In this document: positions 22,504 through 31,160 of the stretch, piece by piece | Numbering within the stretch: the first letter of the stretch is position 1 | Layout: every line of letters starts with the position of its first letter | Origin: an uncultured delta proteobacterium | GTDB lineage: Bacteria; Myxococcota_A; Polyangia; Polyangiales; B10-G4 | Assembly: GCA_963727445.1 (NCBI GenBank) | Contig: CAVSGI010000015.1 | Coordinates: 288,001 to 352,000, forward strand | Length of the DNA: 64,000 bases | Direction: 5' to 3' | The notes under the pieces: generated by a model | The model's input: only the letters and a program-made list of their open reading frames with translations | What the model was told of the DNA's origin: nothing | Databases searched by the model: none | Program-made: the position numbers and the translations under genes

Positions 22504-23968
22504 TCAGGGAGCGACGCGACGGACGAGTGGGCCCAGGGGCGGCGGGCGGCCTTCGCCGCTGGACCCGGTCGCGACCGTGAAGGTGGTGGGCTCGTATCGC
22601 GCGAGACCGTCCTCGACCTGGACCGAGGTATCGATGACCAGCGCGTCGGTGTCCAAGACCTTGCCGCACCCGTCGACGAGGCCGCCACCGTCGGTGATCG
22701 TCCAGTAGGTCGGCCGCTCGTTGACGACGCCGGCGATGGTGAGCCCCTTGTCGTCGATCGCCATCCCGTTGGCGGTGAATCCGCCGGGGTCGACCTCGAC
22801 GGCGTTGACGGGCCGGTCGGGGGAGAGGCTCGCGATGATCCGCTGGGCGTCGACGCTGCCTTCTTCACTGAGCTCCACGATCCAGACGTCGGTGTCGCCG
22901 GCGGCGCGCGAGCCGAAGCCGTCGGCGGAGGCGATGACGTCGATGCGGCCGTCTTCGCGGGGGATGACCCGGCGCGGGATCTCGTCGTAGCCCACCCGCT
23001 GGAGCAGGCGCTGCCAGACGACGGCGCCACCGGCGCTCACCTTCACGACCCAGAGATCGCCGGTCACCTCCTCGGAGTCCGTCGGGTCGTGGGTAGGCGC
23101 CACCCGGCCGGCGAAGATCAATCCGCGGTCCGCCGCGAAGGCGGCGTGCGCCGGCAGGTCGTCCTCGGGCGTGCCCACGCTCCGCTGCAGCTCGAGCGCG
23201 CCGTCGAGATCCGTCACGCCCACCCACACCTCGAGGCCGCGCCCCACCGTCGGGTCGTCGAAGGCGCCGAGGAAGACGAGTCGCCCGTCCTCCCGCAAGA
23301 GGACCTGAATCGGAACCGCCCGCGTGGCACCGGCGATGGTCGCGCGGCTCTGCCAGACCACCTCACCCTCGAGGGTGAAGCGGGCCATCAAGAGGCTCGG
23401 CTCGGTCGTCGCCGCCCCGCCCGACGCGAGCCCGATCGCGACCACGTCGCCGTTCGAGAGCTGGATCGCCGAGACGAATCGCTGGTCCCCCGCACCCCCG
23501 AAACGCCGCTCGATCGAGATGGCCCCGCGCGCCTCGACAAAGAGCAGCCACGCGTCCGGGTCGGCGTCACCCATCGCCGATCCGACGACGAGGATCCGCG
23601 AATCGCTGAGCTCGAGCCCCCACTCCGCGCTCTCGATGCTCCCCGCCGCGCCCGCCGCCATCTGCCAGCGCACGCTCTGATCGCCGGCGATGCGCGAAAT
23701 CCATCCGTCTCCGCCGACGAAGGACGAGGCGCCCGCGTCTGCGCCGGCCCCCGCATCCACGCTGGCGCCCCCATCCACGCCGCCATCCATCGTGGCGCCC
23801 GCGCCGAAATTGGTCGGTCTGCCCCACCCAGATCCAGGTGCCGTCCGCGCTCGGGATCGCCTGCGTCACGAAGAGCTCGCTCGAGGCCGCCTTCACGTCG
23901 CAGCCGAAGAGCAAGAGGCCGGCGGCCAGCAGCGCCCTGGAGACGCTAGCCCCGCTCGGCGGGTGCAT
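22504..23968 (-). CDS. Beta-propeller-like lipoprotein, apparent +1 frameshift near 23815
   Basis: Lipobox LFGC in ORF 23567..23986 continues into ORF 22504..23790 (DAWLL, DLWVVKV, DVWIVEL repeats). Confidence 0.65.
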
Positions 23969-24371
23969 GTGTTTCGATCTGCCCACTTCCCGAATCCGTC
24001 GCCGGCTCGACCCGCACGTAGTGGAGCATCAACCAGGCCACGGCGACGAGGAGCAGCATCACGCCCGCCATCAGAATGGGCAAGAGCCCTCCGCCCGGCG
24101 CTTGAGCAAATCGGTCCTTGTAGAAGCGCCCTCGGCTGCGCGCCCGGATCTTGTTCTGCACTCCGGCGAGGAGGTCCGGCTCCTCCCCTTCGATCTCCTC
24201 GTCGAGGGCGTGGGCTTCGTTCAGGAGATCGCGGAACTCCTGGTACTCGCCGGCCAGCGCCTCGTCGGCGGCGAGGAGGGCGTCGAAGGCCGCCTGGCGC
24301 TCGGCCTCGAGCTCGCCGTCGTAGACCGCGCTGAAGAGCTCACGCGCCTCGTCCGCACTCATCGCGCTCAC
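23946..24371 (-). CDS. Putative anti-sigma factor
   Basis: ARELFSAVYDGEL N-terminal ASD-like segment, one C-terminal TM helix, overlaps the ECF sigma stop. Confidence 0.75.
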   Translation of the reverse strand: MSAMSADEARELFSAVYDGELEAERQAAFDALLAADEALAGEYQEFRDLLNEAHALDEEIEGEEPDLLAGVQNKIRARSRGRFYKDRFAQAPGGGLLPILMAGVMLLLVAVAWLMLHYVRVEPATDSGSGQIETHAPAERG

Positions 24372-25033
24372 TTCTTGGACCCCTTCGTCACGATTTGAAG
24401 CTCCGCCACCCGCGTCTGAAGCGCAAGGCGGGCGCGATGGAGGCGGCTCTTCACCGTGCCCGCGGGCAGGCCGGTGACCTCCTGGATCTCCTCGTAGGTC
24501 ATGTTCTCGATGTCCCGGAGCACCACCAGCTCGCGCTGGTCGTCGGGGAGCTCGCCGAGGGCCTTCTTGATGAGGCTCTCCATCTGCTTGGCGTCTGCCA
24601 TCTCGTCCGGTCGCGGGACGGTGGCGCTGGTGGACATGCTGGCGCTCTCGATGGCGTCGCGATCCCCGACCTCGTCGAACTCCTTCTTCTTCTTGTGAGC
24701 GCGCCGGCCGAGGTACTTGATGCGGTTCTTACAGTGGTTCGTCGCCACCCGATACATCCAGGTGGAGAGCTTGGAGTCGCCGCGGAAGCCGTCGATGGAC
24801 TTGAAGACGGTCACGAAGACCTCCTGCGCAAGGTCCTCGGCCTCGCCCGCGTCGCCGATCATGCGGAAGACGAGCCTGTAGATCTTCCCCTGGTACAAGC
24901 GCACCAGCTCGTTGAACGCCGCTTCGTCGCGACGCTTGAGCCGCTCCACCAGTTTCTGCTCGTACCCGTCCGGCATCGGCACGTGGAAACCGGCGGCAGC
25001 CGCGGCCCGATCCAGCTCGGCCACCACGTCCAT
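24368..25033 (-). CDS. ECF RNA polymerase sigma factor (RpoE/SigW-like)
   Basis: AEDLAQEVFV...STWMYRVATN region 2; YEEIQEVTGLPAGTVKSRLHRAR region 4. Confidence 0.93.
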   Translation of the reverse strand: MDVVAELDRAAAAAGFHVPMPDGYEQKLVERLKRRDEAAFNELVRLYQGKIYRLVFRMIGDAGEAEDLAQEVFVTVFKSIDGFRGDSKLSTWMYRVATNHCKNRIKYLGRRAHKKKKEFDEVGDRDAIESASMSTSATVPRPDEMADAKQMESLIKKALGELPDDQRELVVLRDIENMTYEEIQEVTGLPAGTVKSRLHRARLALQTRVAELQIVTKGSKK

Positions 25034-25071
25034 CCCCAGGCCTGACAACACCTGGGCCCTCCGGTTCCCAG

Positions 25072-25099
25072 CCGGACCGTATCACCAAAAGAAAGTTCC
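25072..25099 (-). promoter_or_regulatory. ECF-type promoter, possible autoregulation
   Basis: Minus strand GGAACT-N16-GTCC upstream of the sigma gene. Confidence 0.55.
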
Positions 25100-25167
25100 G
25101 TGCCCGCGCCAAAAGAAGAGGCGCCACCCGACCGGGCAGCGCCTCCCTTTACCGAAACGTGACCGAG

Positions 25168-26055
25168 CTAGCGCACGCAGGCCCCGTCCGTGCACGTCCG
25201 CATGCCGTGACAGACGTTGAAGCACATGCCGCAGTTGTCGTTGTCGCTGGTGGTGTCGACACAGGCGTCGCCGCAGAGGGTCTCGCCCGCCCCACAGGCC
25301 ACGCAGCTGCCGCCCGTGCAGGCCTCGGTGTCGGCGCAGGCGGTGCCGCAGGTGCCACAGTTCGCGCGGTCGGTGTCGGTGTCCACGCAGGCGCCCGAGC
25401 AGTCGGTGAGCGCCATGTCACACATCGCCGCGCAGGTGCCGCCGTTGCAGACCATGCCGCTCATGCAAGCGGTGCCGCAGGCGCCGCAGTTCATCGGATC
25501 GCTGTCGGTGTTGGTGCAGGCGTCGCCGCACAGGTCCAGACCCGGACCGCACATCGCCATTCGCGGCACGCACGCGCCGTCGGTGCACATCTCGCTGCCC
25601 ATGCAAACGGTGCCGCAGTCGCCGCAGTTGGCGCGATCGGTCTGCGTGTCGACGCAGGCCCGATCGCAGGCCGTGAGGCCTCCGCTGCACGCGTCGGCGC
25701 AAGCCCCCATGTCGCAGACCTGCGGATCGGTGCATGCCGTGTCGCAGGCGCCGCAGTTCATCGGATCGCTGTCGGTGTTGATGCAGGCCGTGCCGCACAG
25801 CATCTCGCCGGCGCCGCACATCATCATGGCGTCCGTCACCGCGCCGTCGCCGGCCGTTCCGGTGTCGCCCGCGGTTCCGGTGTCGCCGGCCGTTCCCGTG
25901 TCGCCCGCGGTTCCGGTGTCGCCGGCCGTCCCCGTGTCGCCAGTCGTCCCGGTGTCACCGCCCGTGGTCCCCGTGTCCGTCACCGCCCCGTCGTCGCCGC
26001 AGCCGGCGAGGCCGAGCGCCAGAAGCGCCACCATCATCCAAGTCATTCGAAGCAT
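25168..26055 (-). CDS. Cys-rich repeat lipoprotein (MXAN_6577/Stig1-like)
   Basis: Lipobox LAGC; repeated CxDTxxDxxNCGxC units. Confidence 0.85.
   Translation of the reverse strand: MLRMTWMMVALLALGLAGCGDDGAVTDTGTTGGDTGTTGDTGTAGDTGTAGDTGTAGDTGTAGDTGTAGDGAVTDAMMMCGAGEMLCGTACINTDSDPMNCGACDTACTDPQVCDMGACADACSGGLTACDRACVDTQTDRANCGDCGTVCMGSEMCTDGACVPRMAMCGPGLDLCGDACTNTDSDPMNCGACGTACMSGMVCNGGTCAAMCDMALTDCSGACVDTDTDRANCGTCGTACADTEACTGGSCVACGAGETLCGDACVDTTSDNDNCGMCFNVCHGMRTCTDGACVR
25846..25977. repeat. 18-bp coding tandem repeat (GDTGTA, about 7 copies)
   Basis: Imperfect repeats such as CCGGTGTCGCCCGCGGTT, flanked by duplicated DGAVTD. Confidence 0.85.
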
Positions 26056-26086
26056 CTCTCTACCTCCGCAAGTCATTTGGAACGGC

Positions 26087-26764
26087 CTACTGGCACATCC
26101 CATCCATACAGCTCGTTCGTCCGCGGCAAGCGTTGTTGCACCGGCCGCAGTGATCGTTGTTGGTGTTGGTGTCGACGCAGCCACCAGCGCACATCGTCTC
26201 GCCAGCTGGACAGCCGGAACCCGTGTCCGGCGTCGCATCGGGGGTCCCGCCATCCGGCGTTCCGCCGTCCGGCGTCCCGCCCCCACCTTCGAGGGTCGGC
26301 GGGCTGCCGGTCCACGGCAAGAGATCGCTCTCGGGAACGTCGATGCTCCGGCATCCGTTCTCGGTGCATGTCTGGGCGCCGCTGCAGCTGTTGGTGCGGC
26401 AGGACGCCACCAGGTGCATCAAGAGCACACGCCGCTCGCCTTGCACGAAGGTGAAGGCCGCCTGCCGTGAGACGACGACGCTCCCCCCCAGGCGCCCGGA
26501 GACCGATACGTCGAAAGGCCCGAGCGGCCCATCGCCCTCGTGGATCAGGGACAGGGTCCGCGGCAGCCCCTGCGTGTTCAGGTCGGCCATGGAGCGCTGC
26601 ATCGTGCCCCCGGGGCTCATGACGACGGTCTCGAGAGTGTCGAGCTGGGTCGGCACCGTGAGGTCGCTGTCGGTGACGACCAGCACCTCGGTGGCGTCGC
26701 CGCAGCCCACGAGGCCGAAGAGCGCGAAGTGAACGACGAGGAGGGTGCGAAGACAGGTCGACAT
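26087..26764 (-). CDS. Lipoprotein with Ig-like domain and Cys-rich tail
   Basis: Lipobox LVGC; CVDTNTNNDHCGRC. Confidence 0.8.
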   Translation of the reverse strand: MSTCLRTLLVVHFALFGLVGCGDATEVLVVTDSDLTVPTQLDTLETVVMSPGGTMQRSMADLNTQGLPRTLSLIHEGDGPLGPFDVSVSGRLGGSVVVSRQAAFTFVQGERRVLLMHLVASCRTNSCSGAQTCTENGCRSIDVPESDLLPWTGSPPTLEGGGGTPDGGTPDGGTPDATPDTGSGCPAGETMCAGGCVDTNTNNDHCGRCNNACRGRTSCMDGMCQ

Positions 26765-27555
26765 CAGAACCTCAACACCGGTGGGCTGTAGTCGCCGCCG
26801 ACTTCGTTCGGCCCGGCGGTGGCCGCGGCGATGATGATGATCACCGTCAGCAGCACGGCGCCTCCCGCGACCGCCCAGAAGACGGGATCGGTGAAGAGGC
26901 TGCCCCCTTCCTCGTCGTCACCACCGAGGAGCGGCGGGCCGAAGGTGACCCGCGCCGGGCTGCCCTGATCGACCACCACCGTCTGCTCCTCCGTCGAAGC
27001 GTCGGTGCGGGTGATCCGGACCTGCCGAGCGCCGGGCGTCTCGTAACGGGAGACGCCCACGCGATCGGGCGCGAGCTCGCGACCATCGACGGTGACGGTC
27101 GCACCCGCGTTGGCTTCGCCCTCGACCTCGATGGTGAGCGTGCCCGCACGTTCAGCGATCTGCTGGTCGAGCTCCTGGGCGAGCGTGCGGACGTCTTCCT
27201 CGGTGGCGGGGTCGGCGAGGAGGTGGGCCGTCATGTCGCCGGCCTCACCGAGGCGGCCGAGCTCGAGATACGCCGACGCGAGGTTGTACTCGATGGTCGG
27301 CGCCGGATGCAGCGACTGGGCCTCCTCGAAACGAGCAGCGGCCGTTTCCCAGTCCTGGTTCTGGCTGGCGGCCACGCCTTCACCAAAGGCTTGTCGCGCC
27401 CGCGCCGTGTCGTCCTCCTGAGCCGCCGCGGTCGAGGCGAGGAGGGAGACCGAAATCAGGGAGACCGGAATCAAAGAGAGAGCAAGCAGTCCACGCACCC
27501 CTACGAGGGTACACGAGACAGACGAAAGACGCCGGATCTCGGCATCCGATGACAC
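26764..27555 (-). CDS. TPR + PEGA-like membrane-anchored protein
   Basis: ARQAFGEG...YNLASAY TPR; ATVTVDG PEGA-like segment; C-terminal TM helix. Confidence 0.75.
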   Translation of the reverse strand: MSSDAEIRRLSSVSCTLVGVRGLLALSLIPVSLISVSLLASTAAAQEDDTARARQAFGEGVAASQNQDWETAAARFEEAQSLHPAPTIEYNLASAYLELGRLGEAGDMTAHLLADPATEEDVRTLAQELDQQIAERAGTLTIEVEGEANAGATVTVDGRELAPDRVGVSRYETPGARQVRITRTDASTEEQTVVVDQGSPARVTFGPPLLGGDDEEGGSLFTDPVFWAVAGGAVLLTVIIIIAAATAGPNEVGGDYSPPVLRF

Positions 27556-27568
27556 GACCCCCCTCGAG

Positions 27569-28480
27569 CTACTGGACGAAGTAGCGGAGGCTGAGCATCA
27601 GCTCGGTATTGTCCGTGTTTCCGACGTCCTGGCGGATGGCCATCTCCACCCCGAATTTCTGGTCCACGTAGCCGAGGCCCCCGGTGATGGAGTGGACGGC
27701 GCGCCCGCTGTCATAGCGGTAGCCGACCCGCAGGGGCACGATCCCGCCGGCCAGGAACTCCAGACCGCCACCGACCAGGGCCTCGGGGTTCACGAAAGAG
27801 GTGAGGTCAGCGAGGGCGTCGGCGCTGATGGTGAAGTAGTCGCCGATGAGGAGCGCGACGCTGCCGCCCGCCCGGAAGGGCGCGAGGAGACTTCCAATGT
27901 CGATGAAGTTCTGCGCGATCGCCGCGATACGCACGATGTCGAGGGACAGCGCGATGGAGCCATCCATCGTGAAGCCCTGTCCGACCGGTGCATCCTGGTC
28001 GACGCCCGCGGGCGCGTCGCCCTCGCGGCCGTAGGAGAGGTAACGGCCGCTGACGCCGATGGCGAGGGAATCGATGATGGGGAACGCGAGACCCACGCGG
28101 CCGTCCATGCCGGAGTAGCCCGAGCCATCGCCGCCCATGGTGCCGATGAAGGACATGCCGGCGGCGAGCTTGTTCGTCATCGAGTCGACGACGTTGCCGC
28201 CGAACGCCCAGCGCCCGTAAGCCGGGCTGAATTGGACCTGGCTCTCCACGTGGTAGAGGGGAGCCAGCGCCATCGCCGCGGGATTGTAAGCGAGGGCACT
28301 ACTCGACACCGCGGATGCGCGGGCGCCAGCGCCCAATGCGAGGCCGCGCGTCGTTTCGAGATCGGCGGCGTTGGTCTGGGCCGGATCGGTGAGTGGATCC
28401 TGGGCGTATGCTGTCGAGGTGAGGCACGAGAGCGCGAGTATCCACGCCACTGCCCAGGTCGTCTTCGTGCTTCCGCCCAC
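27569..28480 (-). CDS. Putative outer-membrane beta-barrel protein
   Basis: Signal peptide; RGLALGAG...ALAYNPAAM; LRVGYRYD; ends SLRYFVQ. Confidence 0.75.
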   Translation of the reverse strand: MGGSTKTTWAVAWILALSCLTSTAYAQDPLTDPAQTNAADLETTRGLALGAGARASAVSSSALAYNPAAMALAPLYHVESQVQFSPAYGRWAFGGNVVDSMTNKLAAGMSFIGTMGGDGSGYSGMDGRVGLAFPIIDSLAIGVSGRYLSYGREGDAPAGVDQDAPVGQGFTMDGSIALSLDIVRIAAIAQNFIDIGSLLAPFRAGGSVALLIGDYFTISADALADLTSFVNPEALVGGGLEFLAGGIVPLRVGYRYDSGRAVHSITGGLGYVDQKFGVEMAIRQDVGNTDNTELMLSLRYFVQ

Positions 28481-28797
28481 GTTCGCCCCTTCTTCAACGA
28501 CGCTCGCCCGCGTCGCCTTCCGCGTTTCTAGCAGGGGCCGCGTTGCCGTCCAAATTGTCGGCTCGATCGGAGGCCAGGATCGCGTTCGAGACGCCCCTCG
28601 ACGCCGAGCCCCCGATCGGCGTCACACAAACGTTGAATGAATCTTTCGCGATCACCGCGAGTTATAAATTAGTCGAAATCGATCCGTAGACGAACCGGGT
28701 CGAGCCTGTTAGACAATGCGTCCCGCGACGCAAAGACAGTGCTGTCGATTGAGGGACCGACAGCCCTCCACCGCGTCGACCAGACGATGATCCTCCC

Positions 28798-28806
28798 TGT
28801 GGATAG
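28798..28806 (-). promoter_or_regulatory. DnaA box upstream of dnaA
   Basis: CTATCCACA, 1 mismatch to TTATCCACA; AT-rich patch at 28620-28680. Confidence 0.6.
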
Positions 28807-28854
28807 GTTGGGGATCAGGCGTGTAACTGCGTCTTTTCCAAGGGTAATTCGCGG

Positions 28855-30210
28855 ATGAACGAGTTGTGGGAACGCGCGCTGAAGGATCTCGAGGATCAAC
28901 TCTCCCGAGAGAACTTCGACACATGGCTCGCGCCGGTGAAATGCGTGGGGATCGAGGGCGACACGGTGACCCTTCGAATTCCGAATCGGTTCTTTCAGGA
29001 TTGGCTGAGCGCGCACTACCTCGGCCACATCCTCGAGTCCCTTCATCGGGAGACCAACCGGGATGACCTGAAGGTGAGCTGGGAGATCGACGAGGATCTC
29101 CAGGCCCACGTCCCGGTTTCGGAGCCGGTCGCGCTCCCCACGCCCGAGCCCATCCGGAGCTCCGCGCCGGTGGCGGCAAAGTCCTCGGCCGATCTCAACC
29201 CGAAATACAGCTTCGACAACTTCGTCGTCGGGCCCAGCAACCAGCTCGCCCACGCGGCCAGCGTCGCGGCCGGCACCGAGCCCGGCAAGCGCTACAACCC
29301 GCTCTTCATCTACGGCGGCGTCGGTCTGGGCAAGACCCACCTGGTCAACGCCATCGGCCACCGGATCGTGCAGGACAACCCCGCCGCGCGGATCCTCTAC
29401 CTTTCTGCCGAGCGCTTCACCAACGAGTTCATCTGGGCGCTGCAGAACCATCGCATCAACGAGTTCCGCGAGCGCTATCGCCAGAACTGCGACGTCCTGT
29501 TGATGGACGACATCCAGTTCCTCGCCGGTCGCGAGCAGACGCAGGAAGAGTTCTTCCACACGTTCAACGCCCTCTATCACTCCGACCATCAGATCATCGT
29601 CACCTCCGACGTCTACCCGCAGCAGATCCCCGAGATGGAGGAGCGACTCGTCAGCCGCTTCCAGTCGGGCATGGTCGCGGACATCCAGGCGCCGGAGCTC
29701 GACACCCGCATCGCCATCCTCCAGAAGAAGGCCGAGCAGGAGGGCATCGCGCTCTCCCCGGACGTGGCCCTCTTCATCGCCCAGGTCGTGAAGAGCAACG
29801 TCCGCGAGCTCGAAGGCACCCTCATCCGCATCGCGGTCAAGGCCGAGCTCCTCAAGCGGGCGATCGATCTCGAGCTGGCCAAGGAGACGCTGCGCGCGGT
29901 GCTCCCGCCGCCCGATCACGCCACCAGCGTCGAAGACATCCAGCGCGCCGTCTGCGAGTACTTCAGCATCCGCCTGGCCGACCTCAAGAGCCACCGCCGC
30001 CATCGCGCCGTGAGCTTCCCTCGGATGGTCGCCATGTACCTGGCCCGCCAGCGCCTCGGCACAAGCTATCCCGAGCTCGGCGACCGCTTCGGCGGCAAGG
30101 ACCACACGACGGTCATCAACGCCGTCCGCAAGATCACCGGCCTGATCGAGGGCGACGACGAGCAGACGACGACGGCCCTGAACGCCATCGAGCGCAAGCT
30201 CGGGTTCTGA
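28855..30210 (+). CDS. dnaA: Chromosomal replication initiator DnaA
   Basis: YNPLFIYGGVGLGKTHL, DDIQFLAG, FGGKDHTTVINA. Confidence 0.98.
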   Translation: MNELWERALKDLEDQLSRENFDTWLAPVKCVGIEGDTVTLRIPNRFFQDWLSAHYLGHILESLHRETNRDDLKVSWEIDEDLQAHVPVSEPVALPTPEPIRSSAPVAAKSSADLNPKYSFDNFVVGPSNQLAHAASVAAGTEPGKRYNPLFIYGGVGLGKTHLVNAIGHRIVQDNPAARILYLSAERFTNEFIWALQNHRINEFRERYRQNCDVLLMDDIQFLAGREQTQEEFFHTFNALYHSDHQIIVTSDVYPQQIPEMEERLVSRFQSGMVADIQAPELDTRIAILQKKAEQEGIALSPDVALFIAQVVKSNVRELEGTLIRIAVKAELLKRAIDLELAKETLRAVLPPPDHATSVEDIQRAVCEYFSIRLADLKSHRRHRAVSFPRMVAMYLARQRLGTSYPELGDRFGGKDHTTVINAVRKITGLIEGDDEQTTTALNAIERKLGF

Positions 30211-30282
30211 CAGCTCGTTCCGCTCGCGGCGTTTCGTGAAGAAGTGTGAGAGGAGGTTGTTCCTCCTCTCGAAGGGCCCATC

Positions 30283-31113
30283 TTGTCCGCCGTGGATCGG
30301 TGGCAGGGGCACGATGAGGAGGCGCATCTGGAGCATGTGCTCCATCCGCTCCCGGAGGGGCTCGCGCATCTCGACGGGACACGCATCGTCCAGGTCTCGG
30401 ACCTGCACGTCGGGCGTTACATGCGGGCCGAGCACTGGGCCGACCACATCGCGCGGATCAACGCGCTCCGTCCCGACCTGATCGTAATCACGGGTGACGC
30501 CATGGATTGGGCGCGGCGCTACGAGGACGATTACGTCGCGCCGCTGTCTCACCTCGACCCGCGCATCGCGACCCTGGCCATCCTCGGCAACCACGACTTC
30601 TACTTTGGCGACGCGCGCCTCGCGAGCGCCTACCGCGAGGCCTCGGAGGTCTTGCTGCTCCGCGGGGAAGTCTTCCGCAGCGACGCGCTGCCCGGACTCG
30701 TGATCTGGGGCATGGACGATCCGATGTCGGCGCTCACTCTGCCGTCGCGCTATCCGGCGCTCCGAGAGTGGGCGTCCTCCTCCCTCGATCCCCGTGAGTA
30801 CAACCTCCTGCTCTCCCATCGCCCGGACGCCTTCCGCTACGCGCCCGGCCTCGGCTTCGATCTGCAGCTCTCCGGCCACACCCACGGCGGGCAGATCGTC
30901 CTGACGGCGCCCTGGGGTCGAAGGATGCACATCGCGTCGTTTCTGGGCCGCTGGGATCAGGGACAATTCGATGCGAAGCAGGGAGCGCGGGTGAGTCGCC
31001 TCTACGTGAACCGCGGCCTGGGCTTCGCCGGCGTCCCCTATCGCCGCGACTGCCCGACGGAGATCACGATCCACACCCTGGTCGACGCTCGCCAGCGCGC
31101 CCACGCCGCCTGA
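30283..31113 (+). CDS. Metallophosphoesterase (YkuE-like)
   Basis: SDLH, TGD, GNHD, LSHRP, SGHTHGGQ, VNRGLG; start uncertain. Confidence 0.88.
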   Translation: MSAVDRWQGHDEEAHLEHVLHPLPEGLAHLDGTRIVQVSDLHVGRYMRAEHWADHIARINALRPDLIVITGDAMDWARRYEDDYVAPLSHLDPRIATLAILGNHDFYFGDARLASAYREASEVLLLRGEVFRSDALPGLVIWGMDDPMSALTLPSRYPALREWASSSLDPREYNLLLSHRPDAFRYAPGLGFDLQLSGHTHGGQIVLTAPWGRRMHIASFLGRWDQGQFDAKQGARVSRLYVNRGLGFAGVPYRRDCPTEITIHTLVDARQRAHAA

Positions 31114-31160
31114 CCCTGTTCTCGGCCCTCCCGCCCGGGTCTTTTGGTAAAATTGGCGAC

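Noticed and set aside
25846..25977. Possible CRISPR-like array
   Set aside because: Contiguous in-frame coding repeat without unique spacers; no cas genes
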